Positions 41,959 through 56,429 of a stretch of DNA of 64,000 nt are shown here, piece after piece. This DNA is from Octopus vulgaris (Eukaryota), in assembly GCA_951406725.2 (NCBI GenBank), contig OX597839.1:7688001-7752000 (forward strand), read 5' to 3'. Each line of letters starts with the position of its first letter. Within the stretch, counting starts at the first letter, position 1. The notes below the pieces were generated by a model. The model was given only the letters and a program-made list of their open reading frames with translations, was not told where the DNA came from and made no database searches. The translations under genes were made by a program, and so were the position numbers.

Positions 41959-42131
41959 ATATATATATATATATATTTGCCTCTCTCTCTATATATGTAT
42001 ATATATATGATTATATGTTCATTCCATTCTGATGAAAGGAACTTGTATAATTACGTACTCCTACACAGAGAACTATGCATTCTTAATCATATACGTACAC
42101 ACTGACACAATCAACTGCATATATTCTTATG

Positions 42132-42164
<33 letters not shown>

Positions 42165-42442
42165 TCCTACATACATACATACATAAATACGAAATAGAAG
42201 CACATAAAACGCGATGCAGTTAATAAGGTAGCTATGATATCATTTGATACAATCCAATCTCCCTAGACGGCAATTGGTTAATTGTCAAACCATAGAGGCA
42301 GATTGGCTAATTGGCTAGAGATCAATAAGAGAAATTGCTTTGCAGCATTTATCTTAGGTTTCTGCGCTTCCAGTTCAAATTCCTTGGAGATCACTTTTGT
42401 TTAGTTCTGCTCTTGGGTTCTGTGTGGTCTTTGATGGTACAC

Positions 42443-43015
42443 CTTTTTTTTCAATTCAATTTTTATTGGCTCAAAAAGCAAAAGCAAGGCTATGTAGGGG
42501 GACAGGGAGTTATGTACAGGGAGGGTGGTCATACAAAGAGTTCAGTCCATTTCTGGTCAAGAGAGACTTTGAACCGAGCGGTCGTCGGCATCTTCACTAT
42601 CTCGTCCGGCAGCTTATTCCACGGATTCGCAACCCAGACGGAGAAAGCCCCTCTCCTTCGATTGAGATGAAATCGTCGCAAATAGAGCTTTTGGGAGTGG
42701 CCCCTCAGCCGACGTTCTGGAGCAGGAGTGAAGAACAGCTCTTTCGAGAGGTTACACTTTCCGCTTATGATGTTGTGAGCGAGAATGAGATCACCACGGC
42801 GCCGTCGTTTTTCGAGAGAATAAAGGTCGAACGTATTCAGCCTTTCTTCATAAGACAAATGCTTGAGACCAAGAACCATGCGGGTAACCAGCTTCTGGAC
42901 TCTTTCGAGATGATGTATGTCCTTGAGGAGATAAGGAGAAGAGGCTTGAATCCCGTACTCCAATATGGGTCTCACCAGCGTGACATAGAGAGGTAGGAAT
43001 ATGGCTGCTGTGAGC
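42443..43015 (-). pseudogene. CR1-clade LINE 3' fragment (post-RT C-terminus, 3' UTR, short tail)
   Basis: FLPLYVTLVRPILEYGIQASSPYLLKDIHHLERVQ...LSYEERL..FDLYSLEKRRRRGDLI...RGHSQKL...FSVWVANPWNKLPDEIV...FKVSLD; then AATAAA and (ttgaa)2. Confidence 0.93.
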
Positions 43016-43227
43016 AGTATTGAAACACCACCTGTTTTTTGAGGGTTCATGATAGTTCTGTTCCTTCCTTCTCTTGGGTTTTCTCGCCAAATAAAACATG
43101 GGAATAGGCACCACCATTCCCAATTGGCTACACATTAACAAGTATCAGAGAAAGAGAGAGTGTGTGTCCGCTTCTCATTTCAAGGTATAAATATTCACCG
43201 ATCCATCAATCCATCCCTCCATCCATC

Positions 43228-43259
<32 letters not shown>

Positions 43260-43500
43260 CATACATACATACATACATACATACATGGTGATTGCACGTT
43301 CTTCACCGATAATTGCTGTCTTTCTCTGAATATTTTCGACATTTCAGGACCTCTCAAATGACTATTCAGTTCCGCTTCATGGTTTGAAGCAGTTGAAACT
43401 GCCACTAGATTCATTGGATCACTTTGTAAAATATGAACCGCGTAAGCATACATACATACATAAATACATACATGCATAAATGCATGCATATATTCATGCA

Positions 43501-43534
<34 letters not shown>

Positions 43535-44132
43535 CCTACATACATACATACATAAATACATACAAGGATCCATTAATGTTTGGAAGTATACATATATACA
43601 TAGATACAATTAACAATGAATCCTCAAGGTTTCATCAACTAACCATCAAAATTCCAAGAACGCATAAATGCATATTATAATTATCTGAGAAACAGAGATT
43701 ACAATTTCTGCAGACAAGCTAATCGTATACCTATTAATATTATTTTCTTTTAGACTCCAGATATATTTTGATAAGGAAGTAGTTATTCATTTTTCTAAAT
43801 ATCTGAAAATATTCCTTTGGTGATAGCATTCGTTTTTGAAAGGATTTCAACAAGTTTATTCCAACTTCTTGTTTATACTGTCTTCAGCAAATGACAATTT
43901 AGTAGAATAAAATAATGCTTTACAACGGCACATTTACCGATGAGAAGACATCCATTATAATTATTCTAATTATTGCCATTTTATATAGGGAACCGTATTT
44001 AATATTGCCCACATCCAACTACAATATTTTTTTTTTGTTTTTGGTTGGTGCATTATTATTGCGGCTTTATTTCAACAAATTTTATTCAACAAAAGCAATA
44101 ACAAAATGTAACAAAAGCATCTTTAAATGATT

Positions 44133-44472
44133 CGGAGACCCCCTTCGGTCACGACACAGACCATGGGATTGCACCTAGAAAGTTACCCTCCTAGACACAA
44201 GTCCGGGCGAGGTTGTTTATGGAAGACCAGTAGTCGCCCATGCATACCAGCCTCTTCTCTCCACGCCACCAGTGTTATCCAAGGGAAAGACAAAGGTCGA
44301 TACAGCTTGGCACCAGTGACGTCGCAACTCATTTCTACAGCTGAGTGAACTGGAGCAACGTGAAATAAAGTGCCTTGCTCAAGAACACAACACGCAGCCC
44401 GGTCCGGGATTCGAGCTCACAACCTCACGATCGTAAGCTCGACGCTCTAACCACTAAGCCATGCGCCTTCAC
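44133..44472 (-). mobile_element. SINE family D (tRNA-derived, CORE-like domain), full length, 10-bp TSD
   Basis: A box TGGCTTAGTGG, B-box-like gagctcgaatccc, CORE-like gtgttcttgagcaaggcacttta; ttaaatgatt at 44123-44132 and 44473-44482. Confidence 0.92.
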
Positions 44473-44659
44473 TTAAATGATTATTCCGGAGCATATTCAC
44501 CATCTACTTCAATCTCTGCTTCCCATTTGCTTGGCAGATGGTCAGACCGTCATTTAAAGATGTTTTTGTTAAATATTGTCATTGTTTTTCTTGAATAAAT
44601 TATGTTGAAAAAAAAAAGCTGCTATAATCATTCTGACGTCTGCGATTTTTCGGTTCTCT

Positions 44660-44860
44660 TTGCATAAACCACATACAACAAAGTGGAAAATAGTCGAAAA
44701 ACCACACCATATGTTTAATGGATCAAAAAAATGTAAGCTATGCGCATCTGAAAGAACTCGAATCCTATTCAGATCGAACTCTAACTCACTGCCGAATTCT
44801 AGATCCGAAATTTTCAACTGTCTCCAAACACGGCCAGGCTGAAATAATTAATGCTTTCTT
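44660..44860 (+). pseudogene. PLE GIY-YIG endonuclease C-terminal fragment
   Basis: KWKIVEKP...NGSKKCKLCASERTRIL...SLPNSRSEIFNC, same motif class as 33271-33810. Confidence 0.75.
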
Positions 44861-44892
44861 CCAGGAATGAATAAAACATTTTCAGACTTGAG

Positions 44893-44974
44893 ATGGGCCC
44901 CCAAGTATAGATTCTAATGGCGCAGGGGCCCACTTGCCGTCGGGCACGCTGGCAACCTGGTCAGTCCGCCACTG
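44893..44974 (-). mobile_element. hAT-like terminal fragment
   Basis: The reverse complement begins CAGTGGCGGACTGACCAGGTTGCCAG, with gggccc subterminal motifs. Confidence 0.5.
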
Positions 44975-45205
44975 CACATACACACGTACATACATAAATA
45001 GATACATACATACACACAGATAGACATACGTAGACAGACAGACAGACGTATGTATACGTACATACATACATACATACATACACACAGATAGACATACAGA
45101 CAGACAGACAGACAGAGAAGTATACCAACGCTAAACCTTTGTTGAGAGCATCAACAATTGAAAGCCAGGAGATGGATGTAAATGCCAACAAATGTCGTTT
45201 TTATT

Positions 45206-45273
<68 letters not shown>

Positions 45274-45664
45274 ATACCACTGTTACTGTTTTGTTTTTAA
45301 ATCAGTTTAAAACATTACCCTTGCCTTTTGCGCCAACGACCCAGCCAATCAACGAGCCCACCACGCCATCAATTAATGATCCATCACATACTTTGTATTG
45401 GCTCATTACGTTCACAATGGTACATAGTTTATTGATATCCTCTCGTCTGTCTGTGCGTCTGTTTCTCTCTACCCTCCGTTCCCTTCTCATTCGTCCATTC
45501 TTTCGCTATTTCTTTCAATATATTTTTTCATTCTTTCTCGTTTATTGTCTTTGCAAACTAATTTTTTTAATTCATTCTTTTTTTTCCTTTTTTTTCTTTT
45601 TCATTTTTTTTTTCCCTTTTCTCTTTCTGTCTTTCATTTTTTTTCCTTCTTTTTTTTGTTGTTG

Positions 45665-46745
45665 AAATGGGCATTTCGCCCGTCTTTACTTTCTATAAGG
45701 CGATGAGCTGGCATAAACGTTAGCACGCCGGGCGAAATGCTTAGCGGCATTTAGTCTGCCCTTAACGTTCTGAGTTCAAATTCTGCCGAGGTCGACTTTG
45801 CCTTTCATTCTTTCGGTGTCGATTAAATAAATACCAGTAACGCACTGGGGTCGATATAATCGACTTAATCCGTTTGTCTGTCCTTGTTCGTCCCTTCTGT
45901 GTTTAGCCCCTTGTGGGTAGTAAAGAAATGGGCATTTCGCCCGTCTTTACTTTCTATAAGGCGATGAGCTGGCAGAAACGTTAGCACGCCGGGCCAAATG
46001 CTTAGCGGTATTTCATCTGCCGCTACGTTCTGAGTTCAAATTCCGCCGAGGCCGACTTTGCCTGTCATCCTTTCGAGGTCGATTAAATAAGTACAGTTAC
46101 GCACTGGGGTCGATATAATCGACTAATCCGTTTGTCTGTCCTTGTTTGTCCTCTGTGTTTAGCCCCTTGTGGATAGTAAAGAAATAAATATTTCTTTTCC
46201 CATTAAGGCGGCGAGCTGGCAGAATCGTCAGCACGCCGAGCCAAATGCTTAGCGGCATTTCGTCTGCCCTTAACGTTCTGAGTTCAAATTCCTCCGAGGC
46301 CTACTTTGTCTTTTATCCCTGCGGGGTCGATAAAATGCGTACCAGTTAAGTACTAGGGTCGATAGAATAAGTACCAGTCGAGTTGATGTAATAGAATTAC
46401 CCTTCCACAGAGACTGCTGGCCTTGTGCCAAAATTCGAAACTAATATTTTTCCCCACTGTCAAGGGAAGCTTAGCTTAATGGAACAGAGGGCTCAGCCAG
46501 TATCTGAGAGATACAGGATTTGTTTCTCTGTAACCGCCAGCTGGCTACTTTTTAAACGCCCAGCAAAATCCTTAGCGACATTTCTCCGGTTCTTTACGTT
46601 CTGAGTTCAAATTCCGCTGAGGTCGACTTTGCTTTTCATCTTTTCGGGGTTGATAAAATAAATACCAGTGAATCACTGGGGTCGATGTAATCGACTAGTC
46701 CCCTCCCCTCAAATTACTGACTTTGTAACAAATTTCGAAACTACT
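45665..46745 (+). mobile_element. Array of four SINE family A copies
   Basis: Heads at about 45697, 45958, 46206 and 46555; the first two share the 5' flank aaatgggcatttcgcccgtctttactttctat. Confidence 0.9.
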
Positions 46746-46809
46746 ATTTTTTTCATTATTTACCTTATTTACATTCAATGGATATTTGTCCTTATCTTGT
46801 TTGTTGTTA

Positions 46810-46853
46810 ACACAACGTTTCGGCTGATATGCCCTCCAGCCTTCTTCAGGTGT
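46810..46853 (-). ncRNA. Minimal PLE-type hammerhead ribozyme motif
   Basis: acac-CTGAAGA-a-ggctg-gagggcatat-cagcc-GAAAC-GTT-gtgt. Confidence 0.8.
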
Positions 46854-47399
46854 CTTGGGGAGATTTCGAACTTCGAATGGGGAAATTTCGAATGAGTTCT
46901 CATTCCTAAGTTATTTTTCGATTTTTTTTCCAACTTTTCTTTCACTCATTTTCATTTCCTTCATTATTTATTTCTTCCTCTTTTCTTCTTTACCTTCTTA
47001 CTTGTTATCCTTTACTTGTTTCAGTCATTGGACTGCGGTCATGCTGGGGCACCAGTGGTTTTCAGTCGGGGTCCATATGATCCGTGGTGACCCGTATAAG
47101 ATTTTATTGTCAAAGTTCATGAGCAACATATTGGATTGTGAGCCCAGTACCCTAACCACCAAGCGACTCGCCTTCATCTACGAGGTATAATGCTATATTT
47201 TTCTGGGTGAGAGCCATATGGAAATCATTGTTCACCACGCTTGTAATCACTAATCAGCTATTTGGCTTCTTTCAAAATGGTAACATTCGAATGAAGAATT
47301 TCTTTGTTATGTAAATTAGGTTTCATACCAAGATTGGACATTTAATGAGCGTTTGCTGTGTCCAATGACTGTGTTAGGACACCGGACGTGTTAGAAAAA

Positions 47400-48133
47400 C
47401 TAGTCGCCCATGCATATCAGCCTCCCCTCTCCACCCTACCGAATGTTATCCAAGGGAAAGGCAAAGGTCGATACAGCTTGGCACCATTGACGTCGCAGCT
47501 CATTTATTAACGTGCAAGTTGCTGAGCACTCCACAGACACGTGTACCCTTAACGTAGTTCTCGGGGAGATTCAGCGTGACACAGAGTGTGACAAGGCTGG
47601 CCCTTTGAAATACAGGTACAACAGAACCAGGAAGAAAGAGTAAGAGAAAGTTGTGGTGAAAGAGTACAGCAGGGTTAACCACCACCCCCTGCCGGAGCCT
47701 CGTGGAGCTTTAGGTGTTTTCGCTCAATAAACACACACAACGCCCGGTCTGGGAATCGAAACCATGATCCTCCGACCGCGAGCCCGCTGCCCTAATCAAT
47801 TGGCCATTGCGTCTCCACAAATAAGTGCTCCCTTTTAAAGCCTAACCAGTCTCATGGGTCCGGTTTCCCGGTTTCTATGGCGTATGTGTCCCACCCCACC
47901 AGCTGGACGGGACGCCAGTCCATCGCAGCGTTATTCAAGAAACAGGAAGAAAGAGTGAGAGATAGTTGGGGCGAAAGAGTATAACAGGGGTCGCTACCAC
48001 CCCCTGCCTGAGCCTCGTGGAGCTTTAGGTGTTTTCGCTCAATAAACACACACAACGCCCGGTCTGGGAATCGAAACCACGATCCTCCGACCGCGAGTCC
48101 GCTGTCCTAACCACTGGGCCATTGCGCCTCCAC
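47400..48133 (-). mobile_element. SINE stack: family D fragment (47400-47505), family C with tail A (47505-47818), family C with tail E (47822-48133)
   Basis: Direct matches to the families above. Confidence 0.88.
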
Positions 48134-48709
48134 AATGACAAGTACTGGTAGTAAATATAACATTGGACTAATGTCTAATTGATTGTTGCAAATGGTAAGC
48201 TAGGTGCTCTTGCTTTTTCTGCTTCTTCTGTTATTCTGTCTGCTATTGTTACATTTAACCAATCCTTGTACGCATTGATTAATTCAGACGAACTACTTCA
48301 ACCGTAAATCAATTCTATTGGCGAGATCCCATCACTGGCACGCCGCGTATATGGTCTTGCTTTTGGCAGGATAAATCGCTTTCAAATATTTGTGAATCAA
48401 TAGACATTCAATAAAGATTTGCTTTTGCAGATGTTCGATTGGATTATCCAAAAGGCAAATGGAAAGTTAAATCTTTTGTGCTGGATTCTTCGTCATCGCG
48501 AACAGAATAGTGGTAAAGATCGGGGAAGGAGAAAATGTTAAGTGGATGATGACAAGAATTCAAGTCCCCCACAGGGCTGAATAAAAGTACTATAATATCG
48601 GTTTGCCAAATATAAACACGTAAAAGAACTAGGTATTGATCGTGAGAATGAAGGATCTACATTAAGGCATGCGGGAAGATAAGGTCCCAAGATAAATATC
48701 TTAGTTATA

Positions 48710-48976
48710 TCTTTTATTTCTTTCAGTCACTAGACTTCAGCCATGCTAAGGCATCGCCTTGAAGGGTTTTTAGACTTTGCCTTTTTTCTTTTCGAATTCG
48801 AACGTATGAAAGTCGATTACATCCACCCCAGTGTTTCATTGGTACTTCGTTTCTCGACCCCGAAAGGATGAAAGCCAAAATCGACCAAGGCAGAATTTGA
48901 ATCCAGAACATATAGACGAACGAAATGCCGCTAAGTATTTTAACCGGCGTGCTTACGTTTCTGCCTCCTCGCCGTC
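48710..48976 (-). mobile_element. SINE B 3' end and a decayed SINE A
   Basis: tttcagtcactagacttcagccatgct; cgaccccgaaaggatgaaagccaaaatcgacc. Confidence 0.75.
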
Positions 48977-49754
48977 TAATTTGAAGAAATATTAAATTTT
49001 GTATCTACTCTTAAAGAAATAACATAAATGGATCAACAGAACAAGGAGCAGAGAAACGATCTGGTTCGGCTCATCCATTGTTCTAAATGTAGGATCCACT
49101 GTGGCAACATTACATGTGTCACAGGCTCTGTGATAAGGAAAATAAAAAAAAATTAGCCATATTTGTGTATGGAACCAAACGCATAGAATCCAGACGATTA
49201 ATAACGATTTAACTGGTATATAACAACACATAGAGGAAAACAGATACAACTACAATGGGTGAAGGTCTGAGCTAAAATATAGTAATAATTTTAAGATATT
49301 CTTTATAAGGCAACTTGCTTGTTGAATTTAGACACGATAAAACTATATCCAAGAAATGGGCAGGACGTTCAAAACAATGTATAAACTGCATAAACAATCT
49401 CTCCGCAATGACTTTATTGCTATATAGTTGGGAATTAAAATATACGCTACACAATGTTAAATTGTACAAAAAGACATGGAGATACCTTGGAAAAAAAGCA
49501 GGCAGTGAGATCTGGAAAGTTTAACATAACAATAAATGTATTCCTTTGACAAGAGAAATGTGAGCACGTCCTCAAGTGTAGATCACAAAGAATTTTAGTT
49601 TGAAAAATTTAACAATTATGGACAGGGTAAGTATTTACAATTGATAAAGGTATTCTAGAATGATACGGGCGATATGTAGAGGATAAAATCCTCGAGTGTG
49701 TGTGTGTGGATATGTGTGTATGTTTGTATGTGTGTGAGCTTGTATGATTGTAGA

Positions 49755-49831
<77 letters not shown>

Positions 49832-50189
49832 ATATAATATATATATATATATGATATATAAACAAAAATATATATATGGCGCTCAGGAAATATAAATATA
49901 TTTACGCTCTTCAACAGAAAGATACACAGAGAGAGAAAAACACAGAAAGAAGGAGAGAAAAAATATATAACGAATCAACATGGCGATATATATATATATA
50001 CATATATATACACACACACAGACACACACACACACATATATATATATAAGTTCAGTAAAAATTTAGATTCAGTTGAATATGGTACTTAAGTTAAAGGTAC
50101 CAGAATTTAGTATGGTATTATCCATATAATTCAAAATGGCGTGATTACAATCAAAATAAGCAACAAGGATACCCATATATATATATACA

Positions 50190-50223
<34 letters not shown>

Positions 50224-50244
50224 CACATATATATATATATACAC

Positions 50245-50626
50245 TGGCTGTGTGGTAAGTAGCTTGTTTACCAACCACATGGTTCCGGGTTCAGTCCCAC
50301 AGCATGGCACCAAGTGTCTTCTACTATAGCCTCGGGCCGACCAAAGCCTTGTGAGTGGATTTGGTAGACGGAAACTGAAAAAAGCCCGTCGTATATATGT
50401 ACATATATATATATATGCGTGCGTGTGTTTGTGTGTCTGTGTTTGTCCCCCTAGCATTGCTTGATAACCGATGCTGGTGTGTTTATGTCCCCGTTACTTA
50501 GCGGTTCGGCAAAAGTGACCGATAGAATAAGTACTGGGCTTACATAGGAATAAGTCCCGGGTCGATTTATCGATTAGGCGGTGCTCATATATAGTCAAAT
50601 GACTGAAACAAGTAAAAGAGTAAAAA
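50245..50626 (+). mobile_element. SINE family B
   Basis: Matches the other family B copies. Confidence 0.9.
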
Positions 50627-51132
50627 GAGAGAAGAGAGAGAGAGGAGAGAGACAGACCTCTCTACACATATATATATATATATATGTATATGTAGGGAGA
50701 CAGACAGACAGACAGACAGAAAGAAAGAAAGAGGCAGTCGAGGAACAGAGAGAGACAGAGAGACGGAGATCTATAGATAGATAGTGATATAACAAAAAGC
50801 TATAAAAACAAATACACAGACTTATAAAGCAAGTAAATGAAGTAGAGGCCAAGTAACGATTTAGAAATATATGACCTGAGTAAGAAATTTTATGACCAAA
50901 TCGTGTTGTAAACGCAACAAAAATATATAATTACATCTGCGAAAATGGTGAAAATATAGATGCCTTCAACACCATGTTTCTAACTAAAATATTTATCAAT
51001 ATCAGATTCGTACAAATGTTCTAAGCCCCTATATCACCCCCACTCTATCATCTATATTAAAAAAACGCACACATATGGATGTATACGGGAACACACGTAT
51101 ATACATAAAAATCCTGTTGAATGTATGCAGAC

Positions 51133-51172
<40 letters not shown>

Positions 51173-51240
51173 GAATATAAAAATACATACAAGCATGTAT
51201 TTACATAGTAAATATATACATGTAAAATTGTATAGTACAT

Positions 51241-51440
<200 letters not shown>

Positions 51441-51496
51441 CTAAATATCTAACAATATATATGTACACATCTACGTAGTGTTCATATATATATGCA

Positions 51497-51564
<68 letters not shown>

Positions 51565-51752
51565 CACACCACATTCATGGTCATACACATACAGTTGACT
51601 GAAGAGCATTAATCCATCTTCCCCAATGAACACCAGCATACATAATCTTCCTTCTCCGTCATATTAAGTCTCTTTTTCTTCAAAAACATACACTACCATA
51701 CTTACACACACATACATACATACATACATACATACATACATACATACATACA

Positions 51753-51785
<33 letters not shown>

Positions 51786-51969
51786 GCATACATACAGATA
51801 GAGATATATACTTACATACATGTATGTATATGTATATATATCAGCAATATGCACACAAGCACTTGGATATATGTTTATATATCATACATTATTATAAATC
51901 ACAAATTACACATTATCTACACTACACACACATACATATATATATATATACATATATATACACGCTCAC

Positions 51970-52056
<87 letters not shown>

Positions 52057-52356
52057 TGTATATTTGTGTATAAATGTTTGTCATGTATGTATATATGGAA
52101 ACTTAAGCTACGTAGAAAGGGATATAGGAATGGAAATGGTGCAACGAAGATTGATTGGGAGACCTAACATATCATATATGTATGTGTATGTGTATGTATA
52201 TCTTTGTGTGTGAGTGTGGGCATGCGTGTAAGTGTATGTGAGTGTGTGTGTTATATCAGTTGTACGATGGCCTTTATGTCATAAAAAAATAAGCGAACAT
52301 ACTTATAAGTCTGTGTGATTGTGCGTATATATTTGTATATATATAAAATGCTGTTT

Positions 52357-52358
<2 letters not shown>

Positions 52359-52425
<67 letters not shown>

Positions 52426-52677
52426 AATAATAAATTCATAATAGGAATAATAAATGATTGAGATACAAGGAAAAATCTATGGAAAACAACAAGCTTTCGT
52501 TGATAATTTCCCCCGAGTAGCCATAAAACTGTAATAAAGTCCAGTTAGTTTTTCCAAACTGATTGAATAACACCAATATTAATAACAATAATGATAAGAA
52601 GAATGCTAAGAATATAATGACGATGATGATGGTGGTGGTGGTGGTGATGATGGTGGTGGTGGTGGTGATGATGATGG

Positions 52678-52711
<34 letters not shown>

Positions 52712-52993
52712 AATGATGAGGATGGTGATGATGATGATGACGATGATGATGATGAGGAGGAGGAGGAGGAGGAGGAGGGTGATGATGAGGATGGCGATGA
52801 TGATGAGGATGGTGATGATGATGATGATGATGATAATGATGATGATGATGATATCTTTATTGCGCTGAGGGCAAATGGAGAAATTAAGATCAAAATTCAT
52901 AATATTAATATTATTATTATTATTATTAATAATAATAATAATAATAATAATGATAATAATAATAATAACAATGATAATAATAATAATAATAAT
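52359..52993. repeat. (AAT)n/(GAT)n/(GGA)n microsatellites
   Basis: Read directly. Confidence 0.93.
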
Positions 52994-53729
52994 TGAGTAA
53001 CAAAGGCGGGGTGGATGTGTTGGGAAGAAACCAATTATAACATGATATAATTATAATGTCAAAAATGTGAGTAATAATAATCATTTTTTTTTTTATATGT
53101 CACAAGGGGGGACGGATAAAGGAGACTTTGTTAGGACTAAGTAAAATCGATGATGTGGATTTACATTGAATCGTTCGATTCCATTCCATCACTGTTCACT
53201 AATGTTCATTGGTTTTTGTGGCATATAATTTATCTTTTTTTCTATAAGAAGAGTTTGTTTGCCATTTTGTGTAACCTACCCCGTTTCTGTGCAACCGATC
53301 ACTGTGAGCGAATCCACCCGACCACTCACGAATCCCATTCTCATAGCGGGCTAACAATAACTAGCTCTCTCACACACACACACACACTCTCTCTCTCTCG
53401 CACACACATACATATTCTCAATCCATTTCTACCTCAATCCTTTTTGCCGAAGAGCGGAGTTTCGAAACGCCAAAGACTTTTCCATTCTTCCTGAGCGTTA
53501 AACTGATACACCTGTGTCTTGTTCCTCGCCTGTCTTCATCTTTTGTCTTCTGTAAGGAAATTATAAAGATGATCTGGAACTCGACTGAGGAAAGAAAACT
53601 CCGAATGACCCGTCCTTGTTTCTTCTTGTCCCTTTTAATATCATCTAGCTGTCTGTATGTATTGTTATCACCTGTTGCGTTCTTGTCCCATTTTTGTATA
53701 ATTTTTAAATACATACGCGCACACACACA

Positions 53730-53788
<59 letters not shown>

Positions 53789-53809
53789 GTGTATATTCTA
53801 TGTCTTTGT

Positions 53810-53893
53810 GCAGCTGAAGATTGCTCTGCATTTAAATTGATGTAATGGTTGCACTGTTCAATTAAATGGAGTTGCCTGAAACGATCGTGCTGC
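53810..53893 (+). ncRNA. Hammerhead motif with extended stem II and a non-cleavable GUG triplet
   Basis: gcag-CTGAAGA-ttgctctgcatttaaattga...tcaattaaatggagttgcct-GAAAC-gatc-GTG-ctgc. Confidence 0.65.
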
Positions 53894-54305
53894 CTTACCT
53901 CTGGATATCCTTGCTGCTTATTTTGATTCTAACCACCTTATTTTTAAATTGTATGGATAATACCGTCCTAAATTCTGGGGCGTCAACAAGAAAACACAAA
54001 AAACTCAGCAACGCGAGGACGTGGAACAAATAAAGTATTATTGGACGCTCAGGAAAGAAGAGAAGAAGAAGGGTTTAACGATTCGAGCGGAGCTCTTCGT
54101 CGGAAACATAGGAGAAGGAAAGATCCCGAGAAGGGAAGACAAAGGAAAAAAAATCGCGCATATATATATATATATATGAGACTTTAACGTTTTGAGCCTA
54201 CGCTCTTCCACCGAAAGGAACACAGAAAGAAACGAGGAGAGAAAATAAAGAATGTGTAGTGGCTAGCGATCTATCATGGCGAATGATATATATATACGCA
54301 CGAAC

Positions 54306-54346
<41 letters not shown>

Positions 54347-54989
54347 GATATATATGTCGCTCCCTGAAGGATCGAATGCAAATTGATATTTGAAGGATTT
54401 GAACCCATAAACCAAAGAATAGACCTAATGCCTCATGGCATTCTTTACGAACCTCAACTTTTACAAATTCGCCGCCATTTTAAAGGAAATCGATTAAGAA
54501 AAAGGGAAACAAACAGAAAAAAACATAGGCATGGAAAATAAAATGAAAACAAACAGTGTAAAGTAAAAGTAATTTTTATTGTTAACCTTTGTACAATTTC
54601 TTTTTTTTTTTTTAATGAAATATTAGTGAAAGTTGTGTTTTGAATATCATACAAATTGTAGGATATACCATCGGAATTTAAGTTAAAAAATAAACAATAC
54701 AAACATACAAATAGCGCTTATATAAGGTCCGTCCTGCATATATGTATAATACTGCAGTATTGTAAGTATACACAGACACACGCATGTAAATGTGTGTTTG
54801 TGAGTGTGCGTTTGTGTGTGTGAGTGTGTTTGTGTGTGTGTGTTTGAGTGTGTACAGGAATGTACAGATTGTCTTCTGTGAGAACCGAGGTCGTGACATT
54901 CTGACGCCAAAACCAGTACATAAACTGCTTTATGATCTGAAAAGGATATTTTGGTAATATATTATATATATATATATGTATGTATGTAA

Positions 54990-55052
<63 letters not shown>

Positions 55053-55058
55053 AATATG

Positions 55059-55100
<42 letters not shown>

Positions 55101-55186
55101 AATATGTATGTGTATATATATATATATATATATATTCATATAAATATATGTGTATGTGTATATATGTATAAATAGATATATGTGTT

Positions 55187-55239
<53 letters not shown>

Positions 55240-55786
55240 ATATATATATATATATACAGATATACATATATCTGTATGCATACATTCACTCCATACATCT
55301 CTTGATATATATATATATATATATATATTTGTGTGTGCAAAAATATTTATATACGGACACAAGCACGCATATACAGATTTCTATGTACAAAATAATATAT
55401 GCATAACATAGATGTGTATATAATCTATCTGTCTCAGTAGTAACATTTATAACCCCCTATGCGATGTAATCATCGTTATAATTATGCTTAACGACGCATC
55501 ATTTTCCAAAATTCTTCTCATAAAAATGCTAATTAATTTAGCAGCAACCATTTTTTCCAAAACACAAATATACAAGTATACCTATATAAGTGTGTGTATG
55601 TAGGAGTGTATGTGCGTGTGTGGTTATGTATACAAGTGGGCCTGTGTTAGTGTATATTAATTTTAGTACAGTACATAATAGTATTTTTTAGTATGGATAT
55701 GGTAAGCTTGAATGATTGTGCCAGTCACACAAACACTAAATTGGTCACGGCTAGCAATTTCTGCTGATGTATAATCTATACATCTC

Positions 55787-55918
<132 letters not shown>

Positions 55919-56087
55919 ATGTGTATAATATTAGTTATAATTGACTGTTTATCGGTGACTCCGTGGTCTTATGCTTCAGATTAGATCGGTCGAAATGTGT
56001 CACCCGGAGCACAGAAGTGTCTAAATATACATACACAAACACCAGGCACGTAGATATATAGATATATATGTATATGTATGTATACAA

Positions 56088-56118
<31 letters not shown>

Positions 56119-56120
<2 letters not shown>

Positions 56121-56284
56121 CGCAGGAGTGGCTGTGTGGTTATGTAGCTTGCTAACCAACCACATGGTTGCGGGTTCAGTCCCACTGCGTGGAATCTTGG
56201 GCAAATGTCTTCTGCTATAGCCCCGGGCTGACCAATGCCTTGTGAGTGGATTTGGGAGACGGAAACTGAAAGAAGCCTGTCGTA

Positions 56285-56370
<86 letters not shown>

Positions 56371-56375
56371 TAGTA

Positions 56376-56429
<54 letters not shown>

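Noticed and set aside
42029-42065. Hammerhead starting CTGATGAaagga...tcct
   Set aside because: No GAAA or cleavage triplet follows; at best a truncated remnant.
42397-42996. 199-aa plus-strand ORF
   Set aside because: It is the antisense shadow of the CR1 fragment.
49025-49520. RTE-like LINE remnant
   Set aside because: Too degenerate to support beyond loose spacing of W/H/RG residues.
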